From contig CAIPUE010000023.1 in assembly GCA_903868125.1 (NCBI GenBank), positions 19,977 to 83,976 on the forward strand: a stretch of DNA of 64,000 bases, in the 5' to 3' direction. This document shows, in pieces, positions 7,485 to 16,048 of this stretch; positions within the stretch are counted from its first letter, which is position 1, and each line of letters opens with the position of its first letter. The position numbers and the translations under genes are program-made. The notes below the pieces were generated by a model. The model did no database searches. It saw only the letters and a list, made by a program, of their open reading frames with translations, and was not told the origin of the DNA. The stretch is from an uncultured bacterium. GTDB taxonomy: Bacteria; Cyanobacteriota; Vampirovibrionia; Gastranaerophilales; Gastranaerophilaceae.

Positions 7485-8888
7485 ATGAAAATTGCGCTGA
7501 TTCCGATAGATAATCGACCCGTTTGTTACAATTTGGCGCAAGAAATAGCAAATATAGACAATGGTTTGGAACTTTTTTTACCTGACAGAAAACTTTTAGG
7601 CTCACTTCGTTCAATTGCGGATATTGAGGGGATTTTGAATTGGCTTACAAATCTTGAAAATGTAGATGCAATCATTGTTTCACTTGATACCATTGCTTAT
7701 GGGGGTTTAATCTCATCAAGAAGAAGCAAAGACAATCTTAACGAAATTAAAATCAGAGTAGAAAAATTTAAGGATAAATTCAAAGGGAAAGTTTATGCTT
7801 TTTCAAGTATAATGCGGATTTCTAATAACAACATCAATGAAGAGGAAAAAAAATATTGGGACAATTTCGGTACAAAAATATTTGAATATTCTTATAATTT
7901 TCACAAAGAAGGCATTGATAAAAGTGATATTCCTGATAAAATTTTAACCGATTATCTTGCTACAAGACAAAGAAATTTTCAAACAAACAAAATGTATCTC
8001 GGCTGGCTTGAGGAAGGAATATTTGATACGCTTGTATTTTCAAAAGATGATTGTGCGGAATTTGGGCTTAATGTCTTGGAATCTGAAATTTTAGACAGAA
8101 TAATTAAAGAAAAAAATCTCCCTGCATTTGTAAAAACCGGTGCGGACGAAATTCCTTTGACGCTTATGGCACGCGCAATTACTGATTGGAAGTGTAAAGG
8201 TTGTGAGGCGCCAAAAATTTCTGCGAAATTTTTGGCGCCTCAACATAAAGATTTAATTTCTCATTACGAAGATATTTCTATCGAAAAAAGTGTTCAGGCA
8301 CAAATTGAACTTGCAGGTTGGAAGTTGGCAAACGAGCAAGAGTCAGATATAGTCTTAGTTGTGAACAACTTTGAACAAAATCAGGGCGAAATTGTTATGA
8401 ATATTAAAACAAAGCCTTTCAGTGAAAAGTTTGAATTCCCCCAAAAGCCTTTTATGATAGCGGATGTAAGATTTGCAAACGGGTCTGATAACAAATTTGT
8501 TGCTAAAATATTAAAAAAACAGATAGATTTTGAAAATTTTTACGGGTACAGCGCTTGGAATACAAGTGCAAACAGCTTAGGTAGTTTAATTTGTGCCGGT
8601 ATTGTGAGGTTTTTGGCTCAAGATTTTAACGAAGAAGCGTTTAAAAAACTCCAGATGGTAAGATTTTTGGATGATTGGACTTATCAGGCGAATGTTAGGC
8701 AGGGGCTAAGGGGTAAACGGGAAACGGTAAACGGTAAACGGAATGAGCCAAGACCTGATGTCAGGAAGTTAAAAAAGCTTATGCTTCCTTATGAAAAAAA
8801 GTTGCAAAAGATTTTTGGGATAAAACCTGAAATAAAATATCAATTCCCATGGAAACGATTTTTTGAAGTGGAAATCGGGGTTAAGTGA
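7485..8888 (+). CDS. DUF4127 family protein
   Basis: 467 aa. The N-terminus MKIALIPIDNRPVCYN...DAIIVSLDTIAYGGLISSR matches the DUF4127 pattern (IPLDERPCN ... D.L.YGGL..SR). Confidence 0.7.
   Translation: MKIALIPIDNRPVCYNLAQEIANIDNGLELFLPDRKLLGSLRSIADIEGILNWLTNLENVDAIIVSLDTIAYGGLISSRRSKDNLNEIKIRVEKFKDKFKGKVYAFSSIMRISNNNINEEEKKYWDNFGTKIFEYSYNFHKEGIDKSDIPDKILTDYLATRQRNFQTNKMYLGWLEEGIFDTLVFSKDDCAEFGLNVLESEILDRIIKEKNLPAFVKTGADEIPLTLMARAITDWKCKGCEAPKISAKFLAPQHKDLISHYEDISIEKSVQAQIELAGWKLANEQESDIVLVVNNFEQNQGEIVMNIKTKPFSEKFEFPQKPFMIADVRFANGSDNKFVAKILKKQIDFENFYGYSAWNTSANSLGSLICAGIVRFLAQDFNEEAFKKLQMVRFLDDWTYQANVRQGLRGKRETVNGKRNEPRPDVRKLKKLMLPYEKKLQKIFGIKPEIKYQFPWKRFFEVEIGVK
8711..8741 (+). repeat. heptamer array inside a CDS (translated as GKRETVNGKRN)
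   Basis: GGGTAAACGGGAAACGGTAAACGGTAAACGG within 7485..8888. Confidence 0.9.
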
Positions 8889-8890
8889 GT

Positions 8891-9048
8891 GGACGGGTGA
8901 ACGGTAAACAGTGAACGGTAAACGGCGAGGTCGTTAAAGTAGGGTGGGTTCCCTAACCCACCGACAATAAACGCAGAGGAAGCAAAAAGCAAAAAGTAAG
9001 CAAGAACCGCAAAGCTGTTAAACTCTTCGACTATTCAACTGTTCGACT
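8891..9048 (+). repeat. composite intergenic repeat B (heptamers, GTAG hairpin, AAGTAAGCAAGAAC box, octamer array)
   Basis: Heptamers 8891-8925. GTAGGGTGGGTTCCCTAACCCACCGACAATAAA at 8939-8971. Box at 8994-9007. CTCTTCGA CTATTCAA CTGTTCGA at 9023-9048. Confidence 0.9.
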
Positions 9049-9061
9049 AAAAAGGCAGACA

Positions 9062-9616
9062 ATGAGCAATATAGACATACTAATACTGGCAATAGCACTT
9101 TCGATTGACGCATGCGTTGTGTCATTTTCTAACGGGTTGGTTTTTGCGCAAAATAAGCGTATTAATTCTCTTATGCTTGCTTCTTCTGTTGGTTTTTTTC
9201 AATTTTTAATGCCTGTTATCGGCTTTTTTTTGGCACAAAGTGTTAACAAATACGTTGAACCTTATGACCATTGGATTGTGTTTGGAATTTTTGTTTTGTT
9301 GGGAGCAAAGTTTATCAAGGATTCTTTCAAAACGGAAAAAGAGGAAAAACTCAATTGCTATCTTTGTTTCAGCTATATAATGCTTGTATCTGTTGCAACA
9401 AGTATTGACGCATTAGGGGCAGGGGTTTCGATTGCGTTTACGGGAACGAAAATTTTATTTCCGGCACTCGTAATCGGGGTGGTTACCTTTTTTAATTCAC
9501 TTTTGGGATTTTGGGGCGGACATTTATTCAAAAAATTCCCGACGAGGAATTTAGAAATCTCGGGTGGACTAATTTTAATCGGACTTGCGTTTAAGATTTT
9601 GTTTGAGAGTTTTTAA
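9062..9616 (+). CDS. mntP: manganese efflux pump MntP (two DUF204 repeats)
   Basis: 184 aa, about 6 TM helices. The repeated motifs LAIALSIDACVVSF and VATSIDALGAGVSIAF are typical of MntP. Confidence 0.8.
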   Translation: MSNIDILILAIALSIDACVVSFSNGLVFAQNKRINSLMLASSVGFFQFLMPVIGFFLAQSVNKYVEPYDHWIVFGIFVLLGAKFIKDSFKTEKEEKLNCYLCFSYIMLVSVATSIDALGAGVSIAFTGTKILFPALVIGVVTFFNSLLGFWGGHLFKKFPTRNLEISGGLILIGLAFKILFESF

Positions 9617-9649
9617 TATCGATTTTTGGGGTGAGAAGAGCAAGTTTAG

Positions 9650-10171
9650 TTAATTCTTAAGCACGCCCCAAGCTCTAATCCTGCCACGTTCGTATTTGAC
9701 CAAATAATATTCACCCTCAACATCATATTCAAGTGTTGCATTCGTGTAAATTTCAGGTTCCTCAGCCATTTTCCCCTCTCTTATAAGCTTTTTGTTCTGC
9801 TTTTCTTTTTTTGTCTGCTCTTTTTGAGATTTTCTTAAAGATTTTTTGTCCATTGGCTGAGTCGCTTGCATTTGATTTTTATCCTCTTCAAGTTTAAATA
9901 CGGGAAATGTCGCAATAATTTTTTGACTTTGGGTTAAAATCAAAATTTGTCTGTCTTCGGACAAAAGAAGTTCATAATACCCCGGCATGATTGCGTTTCC
10001 ATCCAAATCATAAATAGGATTTATAATCATTAAATTAGGCTGGTCAGATGATTTGGGGCCATATTTTGAAAATGATTTATAGCTATCGTTAATCCCCGCA
10101 GGATAAATATAAGGTCCTCTTGCGGGCAGAAGTTCTTCTATGGTCTTAACTTGTGCGATTTCAATTCCCAT
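9650..10171 (-). CDS. hypothetical protein
   Basis: 173-aa ORF with ATG start, downstream of rnpA on the same strand. K/E-rich central segment. No recognisable domain. Confidence 0.5.
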   Translation of the reverse strand: MGIEIAQVKTIEELLPARGPYIYPAGINDSYKSFSKYGPKSSDQPNLMIINPIYDLDGNAIMPGYYELLLSEDRQILILTQSQKIIATFPVFKLEEDKNQMQATQPMDKKSLRKSQKEQTKKEKQNKKLIREGKMAEEPEIYTNATLEYDVEGEYYLVKYERGRIRAWGVLKN

Positions 10172-10181
10172 TTCGGCTAGT

Positions 10182-10541
10182 TTATCCTCTTATATTAGTC
10201 AATAAGTTATAAATTATTTCTTTCATTTTTGAAAAATCATGTTCTAATGCACGTTCAAATCCCACAAAAATAAAGGAAAGATATTGTTGTGATTTAGGGA
10301 TTTTTTCTTCTTTTAATAATAATCTATAACTTTCTCTCATCAGGCGTTTTAGGCGATTTCTTTTAACCGCGCGTTTGTGAGTTTTTTTACTTACAACAAA
10401 TCCGGCTTTGGTTGTGAATGAGGAATCGGTTTTCTTCTTGCCGACCCATAAAACCACCCCCGCAATACAGTAAGAGTGTTTTATTCTGTATGTAGCATTA
10501 AATGCCGATTTCTTTTGTAATCTGAATTGTTTTTTAAGCAT
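10182..10541 (-). CDS. rnpA: ribonuclease P protein component
   Basis: MLKKQFRLQKKSAFNATYR... followed by a basic KRAVKRNRLKRLMRE motif. It lies downstream of rpmH. The track ORF is trimmed to the ATG at 10541. Confidence 0.85.
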   Translation of the reverse strand: MLKKQFRLQKKSAFNATYRIKHSYCIAGVVLWVGKKKTDSSFTTKAGFVVSKKTHKRAVKRNRLKRLMRESYRLLLKEEKIPKSQQYLSFIFVGFERALEHDFSKMKEIIYNLLTNIRG

Positions 10542-10619
10542 ATTCAAATATTCGCATAAAAAATGCGCCATGTCCAACGGATTCGGCGCATTTTTAAATA
10601 CTGAAACTTTATTATGGAA

Positions 10620-10772
10620 TTAAGCTCTTTTGCTTCCTGACACAGCAAGTTTATGGCGACCTCTTGCTCTGCGTCTGTTTAAAACAGCTTGTCCACCGGG
10701 GGTTGACATTCTCGCTCTAAACCCGCTTACTCTTTGTCTTTTTATTTTTGTTCCTTCTAGTGTGCGTCTCAT
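10620..10772 (-). CDS. rpmH: 50S ribosomal protein L34
   Basis: [47 protein letters not shown] at 10772 with AAGGAGAA upstream. The rest of track ORF 10620..11054 is not coding. Confidence 0.9.
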   Translation of the reverse strand: MRRTLEGTKIKRQRVSGFRARMSTPGGQAVLNRRRARGRHKLAVSGSKRA

Positions 10773-10806
10773 TTCAAAATTCTCCTTTTTGTTATATAGT
10801 ATATTG

Positions 10807-10835
10807 ATAATATTACAGAAATACTTAATAGTCAA
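10807..10835 (-). promoter_or_regulatory. candidate sigma-70 promoter of rpmH-rnpA
   Basis: On the minus strand: TTGACT (10835-10830), 17-nt spacer, TATTAT (10812-10807), about 35 nt upstream of the rpmH ATG. Confidence 0.4.
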
Positions 10836-10863
10836 TGGCAAATAGGAAAGAAGGTTAATTAAT

Positions 10864-11688
10864 ATGAACGAAACAGAAATAAAATCAGGCTTCAAATTAG
10901 GATTTATTGGGTGCGGTAAAATGGCAAGCGCAATAATCAAAGGTGTTTTGGATTCAAAATTTTTAAAGCATGATGATATTTCAGCATCAGAAATTAATAA
11001 TGAACTTGCGGCTTGGAAAAAAATGGAGTTGAATATTGAAGTTTTTACGGACAATAATATTATCGCTAAAAATTCTAATATAATTTTTCTTGCAACAAAG
11101 CCTCATTTTATAAAAGATGTTTTAAAAGAAATCAAAGGAGAATTAACAAAAAATAAATTAATTGTTTCAATTGCTGCTGGAGTGAGCACAAAAACTATTG
11201 AAGATGCTATCGGTAAGGATATTGCGGTGATTCGGGTAATGCCAAACGCTCCGGCTATGATAATGGAGGGTATGAGCGGTATTGTTAAAGGTAAATTTGC
11301 ATCAGACGCCAACGTGGAATTTGTTCAAGAACTTTTGTCCAAAATAGGAAAATGTATTGTGCTGGAGGAAGATAAAATTGACGTATTAACGGCGATTTCA
11401 GGTTCAGGTCCTGCGTTTTTTTATCAGATAATCAATGAAATGGCACTTGCAGGAGAAAAATTGGGACTGGATTATGAAAAATCAATTATTTTGGCAGCTC
11501 AAACAGCAATAGGTTCAGCAAAATTAATGCTTCAAAGTGACCTTTCGCCTGAAGAATTAGTCAAAAGTGTCGCAACAAAGGGCGGGTGTACTGAAGTCGG
11601 AATTGATTTTATGAATAATCAAAATACTGAAAAATTATTTTTTGAGCTGATTAAACATACCGCCGAAAAGGCAAAAGCTTTGGGATAA
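10864..11688 (+). CDS. proC: pyrroline-5-carboxylate reductase
   Basis: 274 aa. Rossmann motif [12 protein letters not shown], and a C-terminal dimerisation region with the [17 protein letters not shown] motif. Confidence 0.9.
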   Translation: MNETEIKSGFKLGFIGCGKMASAIIKGVLDSKFLKHDDISASEINNELAAWKKMELNIEVFTDNNIIAKNSNIIFLATKPHFIKDVLKEIKGELTKNKLIVSIAAGVSTKTIEDAIGKDIAVIRVMPNAPAMIMEGMSGIVKGKFASDANVEFVQELLSKIGKCIVLEEDKIDVLTAISGSGPAFFYQIINEMALAGEKLGLDYEKSIILAAQTAIGSAKLMLQSDLSPEELVKSVATKGGCTEVGIDFMNNQNTEKLFFELIKHTAEKAKALG

Positions 11689-11714
11689 CTTTTAAACTTT
11701 TTGACTTCTTAACC

Positions 11715-11750
11715 AAAAAGGCTTTGATTTTTAAATCAAAGCCTTTTTTA
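11715..11750. terminator. bidirectional intrinsic terminator between proC and 11772..12851
   Basis: AAAGGCTTTGATTT / AAATCAAAGCCTTT hairpin, with a T-run 3' of the stem on the + strand and an A-run 5' of it (a T-run on the - strand). Confidence 0.7.
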
Positions 11751-11771
11751 TATTAATGAAAGGAATTTTAT

Positions 11772-12851
11772 TTATGCTTTCTTCTGTGTTTCCGCAGTTT
11801 TTTCAGCATCTGTCGCTACAGGTGCAGGAGGTGCTGTTGTTGCGGGTGTCGGAGCAGGGATGTCAGCAACCTGTGCTAACTTTTCCAATGCCTTTGTCGC
11901 CGCTTGCTGAACATTTGCATCCTGATCTTTCTTAGCAACCGTAAACAAAGTTGTTAAGTCTTGTTTGTATTCAGGACGTTGAATATAGCTCAAGGCATCA
12001 ATCCCCGAAGCTCTTACCATTGGGTTCGGATTTGTTTTAACCTGTTCCACAATGCCAGCGGCACCCGGAAGTTCAGTTAAAGGAACAACTGTATTGTTTA
12101 TTTTTTCTATCTCTGAGCCGTACAATTTTTGTAAAATCGCCACGGTGTAAATTGAGTATTGTTTGTTTCTTTCAGCTTGTTCCATTGGAGTGATTTTATT
12201 TGCTTCCGCTGTTTCGGCTTCGGTCACTGTTTTACCACCCATAATTTTTTCTCTGATTTGAAGTTGTTGAGGAGTAGGACCTTCTAATTTTGTTGTATCT
12301 TTACTCATTATTCCCAACAATGTGTCAATGATTTTTACATCCAACAATTCAGTGGCTTTGTCAGGTGAATTTTGCGACATATCAGCGATTGATTCCATTG
12401 CTTTAGCCTGTACTTCATAATCAGGACTTGTTAACTTTGTTATAAATTCATTTAAATCAATTTTAGGAGTTACAACTTCCGGTGCTTTAACTTCCACTTG
12501 TTGCGCAGGAGCAGGTGCTACAGGTGCCGGCGCTGCAACAGGGACAACCGCCGCTTGATTAATACTCGGTTGAATTATTACCGGTGGTGGAACTGGCGGT
12601 ACTTCTTGTACTGCAGGAGGTGAACTTACCTGCTGAGGCTCTTGTTGTGGTTTATAAATTGATTGTTGAGGCATTTCGTAAACCTGAGCTTGAGGATAAG
12701 CATAAATCGGTGCAGTTACTGGTGCCGAAGCAGGAGCTTGTGAACCTGGAGTATTGACTTGAGGGTTGTGAATATCAATTTTTACAGCATTATAATTCGG
12801 TTGTGGAGCTGTTTGACATTGTGTGGCTTGTGTTAGTGGGACTTGCATCAT
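11772..12851 (-). CDS. P/Q/A-rich protein with C-terminal HEAT-like repeats, hypothetical
   Basis: Low-complexity Pro/Gln/Ala N-terminal half. The C-terminal half has HEAT/PBS-lyase-like helical repeats (..ASGIDALSYI..DANVQQAATKALEKL). The start is set to ATG 12851 rather than the upstream TTG. Confidence 0.5.
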   Translation of the reverse strand: MMQVPLTQATQCQTAPQPNYNAVKIDIHNPQVNTPGSQAPASAPVTAPIYAYPQAQVYEMPQQSIYKPQQEPQQVSSPPAVQEVPPVPPPVIIQPSINQAAVVPVAAPAPVAPAPAQQVEVKAPEVVTPKIDLNEFITKLTSPDYEVQAKAMESIADMSQNSPDKATELLDVKIIDTLLGIMSKDTTKLEGPTPQQLQIREKIMGGKTVTEAETAEANKITPMEQAERNKQYSIYTVAILQKLYGSEIEKINNTVVPLTELPGAAGIVEQVKTNPNPMVRASGIDALSYIQRPEYKQDLTTLFTVAKKDQDANVQQAATKALEKLAQVADIPAPTPATTAPPAPVATDAEKTAETQKKA

Positions 12852-13224
12852 TTTTTTTCCTTTCAAAAAATAACTCTATTATTTACATTCTACTATTTAA
12901 ATAACCGTGAAGAATATAAGTTGCTAGTTTAAACTTTTTTTTTAATAATTTGTAACATTTCATTTTGGGAAATGCCTTGGATGGCTATAGGTTGGGGGTT
13001 TTCATTCAATTAAATATTTTGATTTTAAATAATGTTTGTTATAGAAAAATAAATTAATTTATGTAAATATACAAAAATTATATGTTATGTGTATATTGAA
13101 TTGGGGTATATGTTTAATATAACCAATCTCTTTTTCTTTATTTTCTCCTCCACTCCTTTATCCAATCTAAAGTTTTTAGCCGTTCATACGGCTATTTTTA
13201 TGCGTAGAAATCTCGCATAAATAG

Positions 13225-13327
13225 AGCCCACTGCACAAGTATAGAAAATTTGTTTTGACTGCTTTCTCCGAAATCTTTGATTTCGAGAGAAATGTCCCTA
13301 TGCGGGTTCTTAATTGTGCAGTGGGCT
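13225..13327. mobile_element. MITE-like element, copy 1 (14-bp perfect TIR, 7-bp flanking direct repeat)
   Basis: AGCCCACTGCACAA (13225-13238) / TTGTGCAGTGGGCT (13314-13327). TAAATAG is present on both flanks (13218-13224, 13328-13334). Internal hairpin CTCCGAAATC/GATTTCGAGAG. Confidence 0.8.
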
Positions 13328-13389
13328 TAAATAGTTAAAAAGCTTTTTTACTTTGTGACATTCATATATTGTTCAAAGCAGGTAATTTA

Positions 13390-13812
13390 TCAAATACCAA
13401 TGGCGTTATCGGATGCTTCTTGCAGACGTTTAATTAAATCCTGTTGAAAGTTGTTTTGCTGTAATGTTTTAATAATATCATTCGAAGTGCCTTGAGCAAT
13501 GGTAAATTCACCTTTAATGTTGGGTTTTGAATATTTCATTACTAAAATAATTTTTTCTAAGCGGGTTTTTCTTGAAATGAAACTAAACTCGTCAAAAACT
13601 ATGCTACCTTCTGGATTAGAAAAAGCCTGTTCAAAGGCGAATTTACTATTTTTCAAGGCGTTAGATACTTCTGATATTGCTTTATCCAGAGGCATTACCT
13701 TAGTAAATTCATCTAATCTGTGGCTTTTAAAAGCAGGATTAGCATGTGCATTATTTGTTTGCCTAAGCTTATAAGAATTGCCATGTTCGTAAGGGGTAAT
13801 TTTTATAATCAT
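13390..13812 (-). CDS. hypothetical small protein; candidate partner (antitoxin/immunity) of the upstream RSH-like gene
   Basis: 140 aa. ATG at 13812 lies 8 nt after GGAGG (13821-13825). It is 68 nt downstream of 13896..15503 on the same strand. The FISRKTRLEKIILVMKY segment resembles FMSRERILQRAEKVLGY in the 337..816 product. Confidence 0.55.
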   Translation of the reverse strand: MIIKITPYEHGNSYKLRQTNNAHANPAFKSHRLDEFTKVMPLDKAISEVSNALKNSKFAFEQAFSNPEGSIVFDEFSFISRKTRLEKIILVMKYSKPNIKGEFTIAQGTSNDIIKTLQQNNFQQDLIKRLQEASDNAIGI

Positions 13813-13895
13813 TTTTAGAACCTCCAAGCTTTGTAATTATAATAACAAAAACAAAATAATAAAAAAGTTGCTAGTGAGCTTAATAAAGCTTAATG

Positions 13896-15503
13896 TTAAT
13901 TGGATAAATTTTCAACCCCTGTAGCAAAAGCTACTTGTGATTTCAAATTGAAAGGAAGTTTAATAGAACCCGGAGCTAAGCTTTTAGCTTGTTTATATGC
14001 AACTTCCAAATTTTCTACACTCAAAATAGGATTTGTTCCGTCTGGCAGAGTTGGTTTTGTAGCTGATTTACCAAATTCTTTCGCTTGTGCGTAAACGAAT
14101 CTGTTATATATGTATTTTTCGTATTCTATAAATTGTTCTTCGTCCAATTTCTTGATAGCTTTTTGAATTCTAGCCAAAATAATACCTATCTGATTATTCC
14201 CCTTTGCAATATCTTTTCCCTCTCTTAAATCGTAAGGAATGTGTTCAATCTTTGCAAGATCATGAACATGTTCTCCTCTGATTTGAAGTTCAATTATGGC
14301 ACCGTTTTTAGACCTAATATTCATTTGAGTAGCGGTATAGCCCGAATGCTTTTCGGTAAACACACATTCCATAGTACCTGAAATATCCTGTATCTTTCTA
14401 ACTTGTGCTTCTGAGAAATAAAACTCGGTACTTCCTCCAAAATTACTGTTTGCCCCTCTGTAATTTTTAACTTTAAGTATTTCAATATCACCTTTTTTGA
14501 TTGCATTCACTAATGAGGTAACAATTTTGTTAATGCTCCTAGGGCTTACATCATTAAGGGTTAATCTTGCGCCATATAAATCTTGAACTTTATCTTTTAC
14601 TAAATCTTTATTTCTTGTAATTTCTTTTTTTTCAGCCAATAATTTTGATATTTTTATTTGTTTTATTTCATCTGAAAAATCGGCACAATTTTTAACTTTT
14701 TTAATCTTATGGTTGAGGTCTATAGTTCTTTCTTTAACCAATTTTTCGTATATAGAAAGTTCACATTTTGAACGACCCTTTAAAGAAGTTCTAAATTCTT
14801 CTGGCAGGGCTTCTTTGACTGCGTTAAAAGATTCTTCAAAATGCTCCTGTCCTTCTTTAAACAATTCATTGCTAAATTTTCTTAAGCTTCTTGGTTGAGT
14901 TACAAATTTCAATGCGTTATTTAAATTTGCTCTATAGTAGCCGGATTTAAAAACATCAAAGCTTTCTGTCGCAAGACTTTTTGAAGAATTAAAACATTTT
15001 TGTGTCGCAGTTAAAAAATTGAGTCCGTCTGTTTTGATATTAGCTTGTTTTAGAGAGCTTTTTGCTCCCATCATTGATAAGCCGATAGTGGAGGTTGCTC
15101 CGCCAATATCATAAAATGCTTTTTCAACATCATCATTGTTTTTAGCTTTTATTATTTTATAAACTCCATTACCTGCTTGAATTGCGCCCATACCGATGCC
15201 TGCTGCCACCAATATAGGTGCCGCGGCACCTCCGGTTGCCGCAAGCAATATCATGCTTCCTGCAATCATCCCTGCCCCGATGGCAATGTTCTTGGGACTG
15301 GAAAACATGCTTGTAATTGGAGAAATTAAACCTTTTCCAAAATTTTTCATTGCTTCTGATGTGCTGAATTTTCCATCTTTAGATTTATCTAATTTGTCCT
15401 TAGAAAAATTAATATTTGCATTACAAACAGCTACATTTTCAGTTTTTTTATCCTGATATTTTGTATAACCGTTATGTGACAATTTTTCAATATATAAACT
15501 CAA
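13896..15503 (-). CDS. membrane-anchored RelA/SpoT (RSH)-like nucleotidyltransferase domain protein (toxSAS-like candidate)
   Basis: 535 aa. TTG start with a GAGGG SD. Gly/Ala-rich hydrophobic segments at aa ~72-115. The C-terminal half carries RSH synthetase motifs in order: GRSKCELSIYEKLVKE, QDLYGARLTL, KVKNYRG, HSGYTATQMNI, IIELQIRGEHVHDLAKIEHIPYD. Confidence 0.6.
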   Translation of the reverse strand: MSLYIEKLSHNGYTKYQDKKTENVAVCNANINFSKDKLDKSKDGKFSTSEAMKNFGKGLISPITSMFSSPKNIAIGAGMIAGSMILLAATGGAAAPILVAAGIGMGAIQAGNGVYKIIKAKNNDDVEKAFYDIGGATSTIGLSMMGAKSSLKQANIKTDGLNFLTATQKCFNSSKSLATESFDVFKSGYYRANLNNALKFVTQPRSLRKFSNELFKEGQEHFEESFNAVKEALPEEFRTSLKGRSKCELSIYEKLVKERTIDLNHKIKKVKNCADFSDEIKQIKISKLLAEKKEITRNKDLVKDKVQDLYGARLTLNDVSPRSINKIVTSLVNAIKKGDIEILKVKNYRGANSNFGGSTEFYFSEAQVRKIQDISGTMECVFTEKHSGYTATQMNIRSKNGAIIELQIRGEHVHDLAKIEHIPYDLREGKDIAKGNNQIGIILARIQKAIKKLDEEQFIEYEKYIYNRFVYAQAKEFGKSATKPTLPDGTNPILSVENLEVAYKQAKSLAPGSIKLPFNLKSQVAFATGVENLSN

Positions 15504-15564
15504 AAATGACCCTCGAAATAAAATATCCTTATTAATTTAAAAACATTTTCTTTCGAAAAATTGC

Positions 15565-16026
15565 CTATAAAAGCGCCTTAATAACTATTTTCTTTACATA
15601 ACTCGGAGATTTTGTTGCTATAGACGGTTTATGGGCATCGTTGGGGAATAAAATCAGAAATTCTTTTGCTTTTATTTGTACAAATTCAGGCATGCAATTT
15701 GTATTTGGAGACAGAAAAACAATATCCTTATTTTCATCATAATTTGTACTTTCTGAAAAATTTTCTATCCCCAAAACCCCGATTTGTTCTTCACCTTTCA
15801 CGATATATTGAATATCAATATATTTTTTGTGGGCTTCAAATTGTCCTTCAGCAATTGGTTTTGATAAATAATCTTGAACTATTGCGAAAACTTCATTACC
15901 CGAAATTTTATATTTTCCATTTGCAAGTACAGAAAAATCCGTGTCGGCAAGATATTCTAACCCGAGTTTTATATGTTCTGATAAATCAGAATAATTCTTT
16001 GCATTTTTAATATTGTCTTTTATCAC
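15565..16026 (-). CDS. YhcH/YjgK/YiaL family (DUF386) protein
   Basis: 153 aa. GKYKISGNEVFAIVQDY...FEAHKKYIDIQYIVKGEEQIG...FLILFPNDAHKP matches the family pattern. Confidence 0.7.
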   Translation of the reverse strand: MIKDNIKNAKNYSDLSEHIKLGLEYLADTDFSVLANGKYKISGNEVFAIVQDYLSKPIAEGQFEAHKKYIDIQYIVKGEEQIGVLGIENFSESTNYDENKDIVFLSPNTNCMPEFVQIKAKEFLILFPNDAHKPSIATKSPSYVKKIVIKALL

Positions 16027-16048
16027 GGGTTTATTTTATCATAAAGTC

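Noticed and set aside
8889-9061. Possible yybP-ykoY Mn2+ riboswitch upstream of mntP.
   Set aside because: The spacer is fully accounted for by composite repeat B. I cannot find the conserved GGGGAGUAG / GAGAC..UUGACAU features of that riboswitch. An Infernal scan would settle the question.
10773-11054. Long upstream part of track ORF 10620..11054 (-).
   Set aside because: Only the last 50 codons are L34, with ATG 10772 preceded by a good SD. The upstream part overlaps proC on the opposite strand and the divergent promoter region.
12918-13875. 11-mer AAGTTGCTAGT at 12918-12928 and 13865-13875, each ~52 nt upstream of a minus-strand start codon, considered as a shared operator or promoter element.
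   Set aside because: An 11-nt match is within chance expectation for this window size and composition. The surrounding -10/-35-like hexamers do not align between the two sites.
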